Below, in pieces: positions 30,921 through 40,151 of a DNA stretch of 64,000 bases; position 1 is the stretch's first letter, and the number at the start of each line of letters is the position of its first letter. The notes below the pieces were generated by a model. That model ran no database searches. It worked only from the letters and a program-made list of their open reading frames with translations, and was not told where the DNA came from. This DNA is from Candidatus Latescibacterota bacterium (GTDB taxonomy: Bacteria; Latescibacterota; UBA2968), in assembly GCA_965222605.1 (NCBI GenBank), contig OZ244960.1, positions 3,488,001 through 3,552,000 on the forward strand, written 5' to 3'. The translations under genes were made by a program, and so were the position numbers.

Positions 30921-33797
30921 ATGTTGAATACTTTTTTAATCGCGCTTTGCCTCTTTTTGGCGGTTGCGTCTGCTTATGGCGCAACGGTATTGCTCGAGGA
31001 TGGTACGGTGTTAAAGGGCGAGATTGTGTCGGAATCTGAGTCCGAGGTGGTGATCAAGACGCCGATGGGCGAACTCCGGGTAGAAAAGGCGCTGATAAAA
31101 ATGATAGAGCGGCCTTCGCGCAATATTACTGTGTTGCTCGAGGATGGCACGGTGTTGAAGGGTGAGATGGTATTGGAATCAGAGTCAGAGGTGGTGCTTA
31201 AGACTTTGATCGGCGAGCTTCGGGTAGAGCGGGTACACATCAAAATTTTAGAGCGAGAAAGAGAAGTGGAGGAGGGAGAGGCGGGTCAGCAGGTCGAGGC
31301 AGAATTGCAGGCGAGTTTCGGCGAGTTTGAAGATCAGGTGGCGGGTTTGATTTTGGCGGAGGTAGCCAGTGCGGATACGGCCGCTTTTTACAAGGCATTG
31401 GACCGGAAGGCGAAGGGTCTGTTTTTGGCGCGGTTCTGGCAGGGGCGCAATCTGCTGGTGCTGAAGTATTATTACGGTTACCACTTTGGGCGTCGTTATG
31501 TGACGGTGTCAGATGCGTATTTTGAGCGGGGAGATTTGATTCCGAAGAAGTATATCACGCGGGCGCAGGCTCCAGATGAGAAGCTGGTGACGGAGGCTGC
31601 CCGTATTTGTGACCGGATGCTGATTTTACATCCGAATGATGTGGTGGCGATGTGCGCGCTGGGCTATCTGCGACTGGAGCAAGACGATGTGAAGGAGGCA
31701 GAAAAACTGTTCTTAAAGGCGATTAAGAAGCAGAAGAAGTTTGTGGAGGCGCGCAATGGGCGGGCGCTGGCGGCATTGAAGATGCCGGGCCAGAAGTCGC
31801 GGGCACTGAGGTTGTTCCGCGAGGCCTGTGCGATGGATAAAGCATATCCGGCGGCACACTACAATCTGGGGATGTGCCATCTGGCGATGGTGGGGATGGA
31901 TCGGGTGGATCTGGATTATTATTTTGGGAATGTGGTAGAGCTTTTTCCGGATCACTATGACGCATATTTCAAGCTGGGCGTATTTTACGAGTCGCTGCGC
32001 TATTACGACAAGGCGATGAAAGCGTATTCGCGGCAGATGGCGGTGAACCCCGGTCATCCCATTACGCCTGCGCGTCTGGCTTATGTGGCGATGCGGTTGA
32101 AGAGCGCGGGGAAGGAGACCTATAGTCTGGACGACTTGGAGGCGATGGCAAAGACAAAGCCGAAAGAGTATTTGCCGCTTTTGGCCGAGATGTATATTGA
32201 GCGGGGGGATTTTGTCCAGGCGCAGGCGGCTTTTGAACGTTATTTTCAGTTTTTGGATCCGACAGAACGAGGGTATTATCAGGATCTGTCTCTGGTGGCT
32301 CCTGCCGAGGTGCTTTCCAAAATTCAGGGAGCTTTTGGTCGGTCGCTAATACGGCTTCGAGATGTTTTCTGGCTGGAGCAGGATCCCACGCCAACGACAC
32401 AGGTGAACGAGCGCCGCGTTGAGCATTATCGGCGGGTGCATTTCGCGCGCTCAAATTTTGCCGAGGGCCTGGAAGAGTGGCACGGTCGGGGGTGGGACCG
32501 GCGGGGCGATGTGTATATTCGGCTGGGGCATCCGGATCATCGGAGTTGGTCGGATTATCTGGTGTTTGAGACGGATGAGAAAGTCGCAAAGGTGAAGAAT
32601 CGGCTGAATATGATGGCCGCAAACGCCCTGGAAGAAGTGATGCCGAGCAAGCATGTGCATGGGCAGTCGAGCGCGTCGTATGGATATGGGGCCGGTCCCG
32701 AGACGGCTGAGTTGCGGGGTGTGCCGACTTTCCCGATACCGCGCAGGCGCAGTGTGATGCTTGATGGGTCTGAGCTGGGGTATAAGTGGGAGTCGTGGAT
32801 TTATGCCGAGGTCGGCGGGGGGATTGAGATTACGTTTCTGGATCCTACGGGTAGCGGTTTTTTCGATTTCGCGCCTATTCCACCCAATTCGCCCAATCAC
32901 GCGCTGTGGTCTCGGATGGCCCCCGAGACGGTTGTGGCGCGGGTTGTGTCCCATACGCCTTCGATTTATATGTATGATTACGGTGGTGAACCTCTGGACT
33001 TTTATATGTACACGGCAAATTTCCGCGCATCGGAGCGAGAGACGGCTATGGAGACGTATATGGGGGTGCCGATGGCCGCTTTGACGCCGTCGGGAAATTC
33101 ATATCTGATGCTGGATCGAGAGGTCGTGGTCTATGACCGGTCGCTGAAACCGGTTTTTCGGGATAGTGTGCGGGTGGCTGAAGCTATAAGTGGGCAGGCG
33201 GAGAAGGGGACACTAATGGTGGATCAGGCGCGTGCGGCACTGTCTCCTGGGCAGTATTTATTGGCGGCTCAGGTGCGCGATCCGATAAGTCGAAAAATTC
33301 AGGTGCATAAGACGTATGTCGCGGTTTCATCTTTCCGCGGTGAGGCGTTGGCTCTGAGCGATCTGGAATTGGCGGGGCAGATTGTTGAGGTGGGAGAGCA
33401 GGTAGGGAAGTTCCAAAAGGGGGATTTGCGGGTGGTGCCTCTGCCGTCTAAGATATTTGCGAGGGCGCAACCGGTTTATCTCTATTACGAGATTTATAAT
33501 TTGAGCCGAGATGCGTTTGGGCAAACCCGCTACCGCGTGGAATACAGGCTTAAGGGGATACAGGGCACGGGTCTGATTCGGGGATTGGGACGGCTGTTGA
33601 GCCAAACGCCACGGGCCGATGGGGTGCAGATTTCTTATGAGCATACGGGAACCGCGACCTCAGAGCCGCTTTATATTGCGCTGGATGTGCCCGAGGATAG
33701 CAAGGAGCAATTGGAAATTGAGGTGGTGGTGACGGATTTGAACAAACCGAATACGCCCAGCGTGAGCAAGCAGGCGCGGTTTGTGCTGGGTGATTGA
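30921..33797 (+). CDS. Secreted TPR + GWxTD-domain protein with two N-terminal VLLEDG repeats
   Basis: Duplicated TVLLEDGTVLKGE..ESESEVV.KT..GELRVE module; FWLEQDPTPTTQVNERRVEHYRR...GWDRRGDVYIRLGHPD. Start set at ATG 30921. Confidence 0.85.
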   Translation: MLNTFLIALCLFLAVASAYGATVLLEDGTVLKGEIVSESESEVVIKTPMGELRVEKALIKMIERPSRNITVLLEDGTVLKGEMVLESESEVVLKTLIGELRVERVHIKILEREREVEEGEAGQQVEAELQASFGEFEDQVAGLILAEVASADTAAFYKALDRKAKGLFLARFWQGRNLLVLKYYYGYHFGRRYVTVSDAYFERGDLIPKKYITRAQAPDEKLVTEAARICDRMLILHPNDVVAMCALGYLRLEQDDVKEAEKLFLKAIKKQKKFVEARNGRALAALKMPGQKSRALRLFREACAMDKAYPAAHYNLGMCHLAMVGMDRVDLDYYFGNVVELFPDHYDAYFKLGVFYESLRYYDKAMKAYSRQMAVNPGHPITPARLAYVAMRLKSAGKETYSLDDLEAMAKTKPKEYLPLLAEMYIERGDFVQAQAAFERYFQFLDPTERGYYQDLSLVAPAEVLSKIQGAFGRSLIRLRDVFWLEQDPTPTTQVNERRVEHYRRVHFARSNFAEGLEEWHGRGWDRRGDVYIRLGHPDHRSWSDYLVFETDEKVAKVKNRLNMMAANALEEVMPSKHVHGQSSASYGYGAGPETAELRGVPTFPIPRRRSVMLDGSELGYKWESWIYAEVGGGIEITFLDPTGSGFFDFAPIPPNSPNHALWSRMAPETVVARVVSHTPSIYMYDYGGEPLDFYMYTANFRASERETAMETYMGVPMAALTPSGNSYLMLDREVVVYDRSLKPVFRDSVRVAEAISGQAEKGTLMVDQARAALSPGQYLLAAQVRDPISRKIQVHKTYVAVSSFRGEALALSDLELAGQIVEVGEQVGKFQKGDLRVVPLPSKIFARAQPVYLYYEIYNLSRDAFGQTRYRVEYRLKGIQGTGLIRGLGRLLSQTPRADGVQISYEHTGTATSEPLYIALDVPEDSKEQLEIEVVVTDLNKPNTPSVSKQARFVLGD

Positions 33798-33823
33798 TAG
33801 GCGCGATCAACAGGAGGAATGCC

Positions 33824-34276
33824 ATGATGCAAACAAGCAAAAGCATGTCCACCACAATTGAGGAAGACGTTATCCAAAGTGGCGAGGAGGTTGCAGACGA
33901 TGCCCGCGTCTTTGAGGGGACCGATGTGCCTGTGAAGAAACTTTTCTACTATCTGGAAAAAGGGTACAATCTGCACATTTTCTTAGACTATTTTCCATCA
34001 GTGAGCCGCGAGCAGGCGGTGGAGGAAATCGAAAAGAGGGTGCGCGAGAATGCGAGCGGTGTCGTTCACAGCCGCAAGGACACCATGAGCGGCCTGCCCG
34101 TGTTCAAAGGAACCCGCGTGCCTGTAAAAAATCTGTTCGACTATCTTGCAGCTGGAGATAATCTGGACGAGTTTTTGTGTGGCTTTCCAAGTGTGAGCCG
34201 TGAGCAGGCAGTGAAGGTACTCGATATGGCGAAAGAGGCTTTGGAGAGTTACGCTTATGAGAGTGCTTCTCGATGA
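33824..34276 (+). CDS. Antitoxin with tandem DUF433 domains
   Basis: Two copies of VF.GT.VPVK.LF.YL..G.NL..FL..FPSVSREQAV; AGGAGG RBS. Confidence 0.85.
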   Translation: MMQTSKSMSTTIEEDVIQSGEEVADDARVFEGTDVPVKKLFYYLEKGYNLHIFLDYFPSVSREQAVEEIEKRVRENASGVVHSRKDTMSGLPVFKGTRVPVKNLFDYLAAGDNLDEFLCGFPSVSREQAVKVLDMAKEALESYAYESASR

Positions 34277-34577
34277 ATCCGTACCAAGACAGCTAAGACG
34301 CCATTTACCCGGGCATGTGGTGCGGACAGCGAGAGACATGCAATGGGACGGCAAGAGCAATGGTGAGTTTTTGGCTTTGGCCAGGGATAATTTTGATGCC
34401 TTTATTACTGCCGATCAGCATATAGAGCATCAACAGAACATAACCGAAGAGGATATTCCAATCATCGTGCTCATTGCAAGAGGTAATCGCATTGCGGACT
34501 ATCTACCGATAATCTCCGACATACTGAGTGCTCTATCTAATGTGAAACGCGGAGAAGTCGTCGGCGTTGGAGCCTGA
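34257..34577 (+). CDS. DUF5615 PIN-like toxin
   Basis: MRVLLDESVP...FITADQ; overlaps the DUF433 gene. Confidence 0.85.
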   Translation: MRVLLDESVPRQLRRHLPGHVVRTARDMQWDGKSNGEFLALARDNFDAFITADQHIEHQQNITEEDIPIIVLIARGNRIADYLPIISDILSALSNVKRGEVVGVGA

Positions 34578-34610
34578 TAGCTCGAGGAACTTGCTCCGAT
34601 CCATAGAGCT

Positions 34611-35630
34611 TTAATAGATGCGTTTGATAATGTGATACCCTGCTGGAGTTCTAACTGGTCCGCCGACCTTACCTGGTTCGATTTTCTTTACGGCCTGTTC
34701 AAATCCGGGCAAGAGTGTGCCGGGTAGAAAAGCGCCGAGGTCGCCGCCCCGTCGCCCCGATGCCGTGTCGGTAGAATAGAGCCGTGCAAGCGCTTCAAAT
34801 TTGGCACCTGAGTTGAGTTGTTCGAGCAATTTGTGGGCGTCGGCTTCGGTTTTGACGAGGATGTGTTGGGCGCGCATTTCTCCGGCTTCGCGTGCTCTTT
34901 GGAGCGTTTCTATGCGCGTTTTGGACTCTCGAAGATTTTCCTGAGCCAGCGGGTGATTGGGTTGGAGACGGACGGCGGTTTGAAAGTGTTGAATGGCGTC
35001 TTCATACTGGTCCAATTCGAGGTACGCACTGCCCATGTTATTGTACGCATCGGCAAAATTGGGTTTGTAGCGGATGGCTTTTTCGTATTGTGGGATGGCG
35101 TCTCGATACCGACCTTCGTAAGTGTAGAGCAGGCCCAGGTTGTGGTAAACGTCGGCGTAGTCGGGTTTGAGTTTGAGAGCCTGCTGGTAGCTGACTTCGG
35201 CTTCCCGGTGATTGCCAGCCATGGTGTGGGCAGCGCCCAGGTTGTTGTGGATTTCGTGGTTTTCGGGATCGTATTGGAGGGCGCGCTGGTACGCGACAAT
35301 GGCGCTGTCGAATTGGCTATGAGCGACATAGGCGACGCCCAGGTTGAAGTGGGCTTCGGCAAAGTCGGGTTTGGCGGCTATGGCTTTTTGATATTGTGCT
35401 ATGGCATTGGGATATTGGCCTTTTCCAACATAGAGATAACCGAGGTTGTTGCGGGCGTCAAACGCATCGGGACTCAGGGCGAGGATGGCTTTGTATTCTT
35501 CGATGGCGAGGTCGATTTTGCCTTCATGACGATATTTTTCGGCCTGTTCAAAGTGGATGCGGACCTGGCGTTCAGTGCAGCCGAAGAGCAGGATGGTTGA
35601 GAGGATCAAAAGGTAAGTGCGTGGAATCAT
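34611..35630 (-). CDS. Lipoprotein with TPR repeats and C-terminal PpiC/parvulin PPIase
   Basis: LLFGC lipobox, NNLG TPRs, RAQHILV...GGDLGAF...GYHIIKR. Confidence 0.9.
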   Translation of the reverse strand: MIPRTYLLILSTILLFGCTERQVRIHFEQAEKYRHEGKIDLAIEEYKAILALSPDAFDARNNLGYLYVGKGQYPNAIAQYQKAIAAKPDFAEAHFNLGVAYVAHSQFDSAIVAYQRALQYDPENHEIHNNLGAAHTMAGNHREAEVSYQQALKLKPDYADVYHNLGLLYTYEGRYRDAIPQYEKAIRYKPNFADAYNNMGSAYLELDQYEDAIQHFQTAVRLQPNHPLAQENLRESKTRIETLQRAREAGEMRAQHILVKTEADAHKLLEQLNSGAKFEALARLYSTDTASGRRGGDLGAFLPGTLLPGFEQAVKKIEPGKVGGPVRTPAGYHIIKRIY

Positions 35631-35823
35631 AAATTAAAGGATGCCGATTTCGCGCAAGACGCGCAGTGTGTTGGGCAGGGAGTGTCTAATAAAAAATAGT
35701 GTGTTTTAGTCTTTGGGACAACTTAAAAGCGGATCAGGATTTTCAGGATTAAAGGATATTCAGGATTAAAACCCGGGAGATGGGCGGGCTGACCACTGAA
35801 AGCTTAAAGCTGAAAGCTAATTT

Positions 35824-38352
35824 ATGAAACTCCACTTCTTGGGTGGTGCCGATGAGGTCGGTGCTTCCTGCACATTAATTGAGATTGAAGGTCGGCGCAT
35901 TCTGGTGGATGCGGGTATTCGAATGGGGGCTGCACAGGGGTCGCAGTTGCCCAATTTTTCGGTGCTGGACGATGTGGGCATGCCCGATGAGGTGCTGATT
36001 ACACACGCGCATACCGATCATACGGGTGCGTTGCCGGTTTTGGTGAGTAGTTTGCCGGCGGGTGTGAAGGTGTATTGTACGCCTGCGACGAAGGCGATTA
36101 CACAGGTGTTGTTGTCAGATGCTGTGAAATTGATGGCGCAAGACCGGGATGGTGAGTTGCCTCTTTATCCGCCCGAGGCGGCCGATGAGGCATTGGGGCG
36201 CATGGTGGGCGTGCCGTGGCTTGCAACAGTGCCGATTTGTGACGGCGCGTTGACCGCGACCTGGATTCCCGCGGGGCATATTTTGGGTGCGGCATTGATC
36301 TATATTGAGGGTGTGCGAGAAAGTGTTTTGATGACGGGCGATGTGTCGGTTGCCAATCAGTTGACGATTCCGGGCATGGTTGTGCCGCAGTGTCGGCCCG
36401 ATGTGATGGTGATGGAATCGACGTATGGCAATCGCCAGCACGCGGATCGCGCTCAGCAAGAGGCCGCGCTCGCATTGCGCGTGGCCGAGGTGATTGAAGC
36501 GGGTGGCAAGGTGTTGATTCCCGCTTTTGCCGTGGGGCGTTCTCAGGAGGTTATTTTGATTTTGGCGCGGGCTATGCGGCGCAAGCAGATTCCCGAGTTT
36601 CCCGTGTTTGTCGATGGGATGGTGCGGTCGGTCAATGCGGTATATGCGGCTTTTGGGGATGATCTTTCGCCATCGGTGCGGCGCAGGGCAGAGCGCGATG
36701 AGGGTGTTTTTTATTCGGATACTGTGGGGGCGGTGTCGTCATCTGCTGATCGCCGCCGGGTTTTGTCGGGGCCGCCGTGTTGTGTTGTGGCGTCTTCGGG
36801 GATGTTGATCGGGGGCGCGTCGAGTTATTATGCGGAGCGTTTGGCTGGCGATGCGGCGAATTTGATTGCTATAACGGGGTATCAGGATGAGGAGTCTCCC
36901 GGGCGTGCGCTGTTGGATCTGATGCAGGCGAGAGATCCCGAGGAGCGCGTGTTGATGCTGAATGGACAGCGCGTGCGCGTGGCGTGTCAGGTGGAACCCT
37001 ATTCGCTTTCGGCGCATGCAGATGGGGGTGAACTTGCGGGATTGGTTCAGAGGTTGAAACCGCGTACCTGTTTTCTGGTACACGGCGATGTAGAGGCGCG
37101 AGGCGCGTTGTCTTCGATGGTGGATGTTTATTTGCAAGAGGGCGTGCAATTGCCGGAAAATGGCGGTGCATATACGGTGGAGACAGTGCAGAAGATGCGA
37201 CAACGCGGCTATGGTCGGCGCGTTTTGCGAGCGGGTATTGCAGGCGGAAGACCGCTGAGTGATGATACGCTTTCCGAGGTGCAAAATTATGTGGTGGAAA
37301 CTGGCGCGCAGGGGCCGTTTCGCGCGCAGGAATTGGCGGAGATTTGGTTTGGTACGGAGATGACGACGCCGTCAGAGGTGGAGGCTTTTCGGTTGTTGTT
37401 GTCGGATTCGCGGGAATTTTTTGAGCCGGATTATCGGCGCGCGTATTTGTTCCATCCAAAAGAGGTGTCAGAAGCCGGACCGATGGAGATGAATGAAGCC
37501 CGCGCGCGTATTATGTCGGTTTTTCCGCCTGAGGCGGGATTGTTTAAGTGCAGTGCGTATATAGATGACGGTGTGTATGAACTGTCTTTTTATTTTCCCG
37601 ATGTGGTTCGAGAGCAGTATGGCGAGACGCTGTCCAGATTAGAGAATGAAACGGGTTGGTCGCTCAGGCTGCGGGAAACGCCGCATCAGGGACGGCTTTT
37701 TGAAGAGGCGCAAGATGCAGTGCCCGCGGGTACAAGGGTTTTGAAAGCGCCAGCGTTGCATCTGGATCAAAAGGCGGTGGTATTGGCTGTTGCTGTATCA
37801 AAGGATGGAGTGGATGATTGGGAGCGGGTAAGCGGTGATGCGGCAGCGGGCTTTAAGGCAAAGACGGGTTTTGATTTGATATGGCGGCCGGATCATCAGG
37901 TGCAGACAAAGGTAAAGGCAGAAGTCGCAATGAAGCGAGCGGATGCATGGGAGATCAATAAAGCATACAGCGAGATCCGAAAGGCATTAGAGGACCAACC
38001 TCACGCGCCATCAAAAATGGGTCTGAAGAGCGGTTCGTATATTGAGGTGGCTTTTATTTCCTCTCAGGTGGGCAATCGCTATCGCGGATTGCTAAACGCG
38101 GTGGGCGAGAGGATTGGGTGGGAGATTCAGGTGCGTCCGTCAGCCAATCAAGATGAGATTGCCCGAGAAGCGCGTGCAATTACGCCAGAAGAATGTGTGG
38201 TGCGCGGCGCGGCGAAAATTTATTTGACTGAAAATCGCGTGGAGGTGCCGGTGGCGATAGTGCCAGAGGATGCAGATACACGCGCGACAGCGTTTGAAGA
38301 AAGTACAGGGTTTACAATTGAGTGGGAAGAGGCGAAAAGCAACCACAGATAA
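35824..38352 (+). CDS. MBL-fold beta-CASP ribonuclease with long C-terminal extension
   Basis: THAHTDH, GHILG, MESTYG, AVGRSQE, SAHAD and LVHG motifs. Confidence 0.9.
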   Translation: MKLHFLGGADEVGASCTLIEIEGRRILVDAGIRMGAAQGSQLPNFSVLDDVGMPDEVLITHAHTDHTGALPVLVSSLPAGVKVYCTPATKAITQVLLSDAVKLMAQDRDGELPLYPPEAADEALGRMVGVPWLATVPICDGALTATWIPAGHILGAALIYIEGVRESVLMTGDVSVANQLTIPGMVVPQCRPDVMVMESTYGNRQHADRAQQEAALALRVAEVIEAGGKVLIPAFAVGRSQEVILILARAMRRKQIPEFPVFVDGMVRSVNAVYAAFGDDLSPSVRRRAERDEGVFYSDTVGAVSSSADRRRVLSGPPCCVVASSGMLIGGASSYYAERLAGDAANLIAITGYQDEESPGRALLDLMQARDPEERVLMLNGQRVRVACQVEPYSLSAHADGGELAGLVQRLKPRTCFLVHGDVEARGALSSMVDVYLQEGVQLPENGGAYTVETVQKMRQRGYGRRVLRAGIAGGRPLSDDTLSEVQNYVVETGAQGPFRAQELAEIWFGTEMTTPSEVEAFRLLLSDSREFFEPDYRRAYLFHPKEVSEAGPMEMNEARARIMSVFPPEAGLFKCSAYIDDGVYELSFYFPDVVREQYGETLSRLENETGWSLRLRETPHQGRLFEEAQDAVPAGTRVLKAPALHLDQKAVVLAVAVSKDGVDDWERVSGDAAAGFKAKTGFDLIWRPDHQVQTKVKAEVAMKRADAWEINKAYSEIRKALEDQPHAPSKMGLKSGSYIEVAFISSQVGNRYRGLLNAVGERIGWEIQVRPSANQDEIAREARAITPEECVVRGAAKIYLTENRVEVPVAIVPEDADTRATAFEESTGFTIEWEEAKSNHR

Positions 38353-38507
38353 ACACAGATGAACACAGAGTGAGAGGTGAGAGGCTGGGGCTGTCTCACG
38401 TCTTATATCTTAGTGTGTGGAACTGCTGGTGAAGCGTCGCAGTTGTACACCGTTCCGTGTCTTTGTGTGAGGCCCTCTCACGTCTCACGTTTTTTAGGAG
38501 GCATAAA

Positions 38508-39641
38508 ATGAGTGAATTTCCAAGTCCGTTTGCAAATCCGATGCCAGGGGTGCGTGTTGTGGAAGGCGCGCCGGCGCTTTCAAGGCCGACCAGGGAAGAG
38601 GTTGAAGCGTTTCCCACAGAGGCGGTTAAATTGCTGGATCAGCGGCGGTCGGCACAGCGCGCCGCTGTGGATAGATACGCGCTCAATTGGGCAAAGGGAC
38701 GACATTTTGTCATTATTGGTGGGACGGGGTTGGGCATTGGCTGTTCGGTGGCAGTGGCTTTGCTCGAGTTGGTTGCCGAGAGCGGAAGTCTGACGGTGGT
38801 GGCACGCGATTTGTCAAGGTCGCTGGGATATGCGACGGGTGAGGAGATGCAGATGCGCGCAGAGGCTGCTAATTTTGGCGACCGTTTTCATTGGATTAAT
38901 GATGGGTATGATCTGGAGGGGAGGGCATTGGACAAAATTGTCGCAGCGCTCAAAGCAGCCAATGCCGAGGATGTGATTTATATCAATTCAATGGCAGCAG
39001 CGAGTTCGGGCGTGTTGCCGGGTTATCCTCCAGCATTTGTGAAGGATGTCGATGCAGAGGGTTTGTTCCAGTGGCAATTGACACCTCTGCCCGAGCGGGC
39101 CGTTGAAGCGACCAAATTTGTGATGGGCGATATGGCTGTGCAGTTTACAGATGTGCTGATGGATTCGGAAATTTCCGTGGCTGTGACGGCTTTTTGCGAT
39201 TGGCGCGGTAGTTTGGATAAGCCGAGCCGCGATCCAAAAGCTGTGGAATACGGGCGCAATGGCGCGTATTCGACGAGTTTGTATTTGCCCAAGGACGCGC
39301 TTCATGCGGCGACTTCGGCGGCTTATGGTACAGATCGGAAGGTGATAGATGTGTTTTTTCCGGTGATGCGGACGCGCGCTTTGCCGTTTATTCCAGGCGG
39401 TACGACGATGTCTTATGTGTATGATAAATTGATGGAAAGAGCGGGTATCCGGCGCGTGGATGTGCCGGAGTTGGGATTGGGGATGCTGGATACGATTGGC
39501 AAGACATTGACGACGGATGATTTTAATCCTTTTCCGCGATTGGACGCGCATGAGATGTCGCTGGATTTGTGGTTCTATGAGGTGGTAAAGCAGTTGAATG
39601 AAGATGAAAATAGTCCGTTTTATTACAAGAGATGGTTTTAG
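38508..39641 (+). CDS. Divergent FabV/trans-2-enoyl-CoA reductase-like Rossmann protein
   Basis: IIGGTGLGIG; EATKFVMG; Y-x7-K(DAL); TRALPFIPG. These resemble FabV landmarks by eye. ATG 38508 has an AGGAGG RBS. Confidence 0.55.
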   Translation: MSEFPSPFANPMPGVRVVEGAPALSRPTREEVEAFPTEAVKLLDQRRSAQRAAVDRYALNWAKGRHFVIIGGTGLGIGCSVAVALLELVAESGSLTVVARDLSRSLGYATGEEMQMRAEAANFGDRFHWINDGYDLEGRALDKIVAALKAANAEDVIYINSMAAASSGVLPGYPPAFVKDVDAEGLFQWQLTPLPERAVEATKFVMGDMAVQFTDVLMDSEISVAVTAFCDWRGSLDKPSRDPKAVEYGRNGAYSTSLYLPKDALHAATSAAYGTDRKVIDVFFPVMRTRALPFIPGGTTMSYVYDKLMERAGIRRVDVPELGLGMLDTIGKTLTTDDFNPFPRLDAHEMSLDLWFYEVVKQLNEDENSPFYYKRWF

Positions 39642-39707
39642 AGGAGAGGGAAAAAAGAAGACAGCGAAAAATTGGCATTGGCAAGACCTGTACTTTTCAA
39701 TACACCA

Positions 39708-39846
39708 GGATACACATTGAACAGGTGTATCCATCTGTTTACATAAGTGTATCCATCCGTTTACACCTATTTATATTTATATAAATCAGTCATTTATTTG
39801 TGTTTTTCTTAAATGAGCGATTATAAGTGTATCCTGTTGTTTACAC
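39708..39846. promoter_or_regulatory. Upstream activator-like sites GTGTATCC-N4-GTTTACA (3 copies + 1 inverted half)
   Basis: Copies at 39725, 39747 and 39827; GGATACAC at 39708; IHF-consensus AATCAG-N4-TTA at 39784-39796. Confidence 0.6.
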
Positions 39847-39888
39847 TTGTAACTGACTGTCACATTTGCAACACAAATAATTCTTAAA

Positions 39889-39936
39889 ATTTATCTCTTT
39901 GTTTTTCAAGCACTTGAGCGTCTTCAAGTGTTTTTT
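39889..39936. repeat. 48-bp direct repeat, copy 1 (hairpin + T-run, IHF-like)
   Basis: 46/48 identical to 41770-41817. Confidence 0.8.
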
Positions 39937-39953
39937 TTGTTTAAAAACGTTTT

Positions 39954-39970
39954 CAGGCACGCATTTTGCG
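39954..39970 (+). promoter_or_regulatory. sigma54 (-24/-12) promoter
   Basis: caGGCACGcattTTGCg matches GG-N10-GC / GGCACG-N4-TTGC. Confidence 0.6.
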
Positions 39971-40151
39971 CTATAAAAAGGGGAAGACCGTAAAGACACT
40001 AAATTTTTGCATGAAAGGAGGATAACATGACAACGGCAACGTGACACAAGCTGACTTTGAGCGGTTAATGACAGATATGGCTGACCTGTCTATACTTTGC
40101 AGGGACAGGATAAATACTTTTTGACACGAGCAACCCAAACAAGGAGATTAG

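Noticed and set aside
39708-39846. 22-bp-period repeats as plasmid or phage iterons
   Set aside because: No Rep gene nearby; a downstream -24/-12 element explains them better as enhancer sites.
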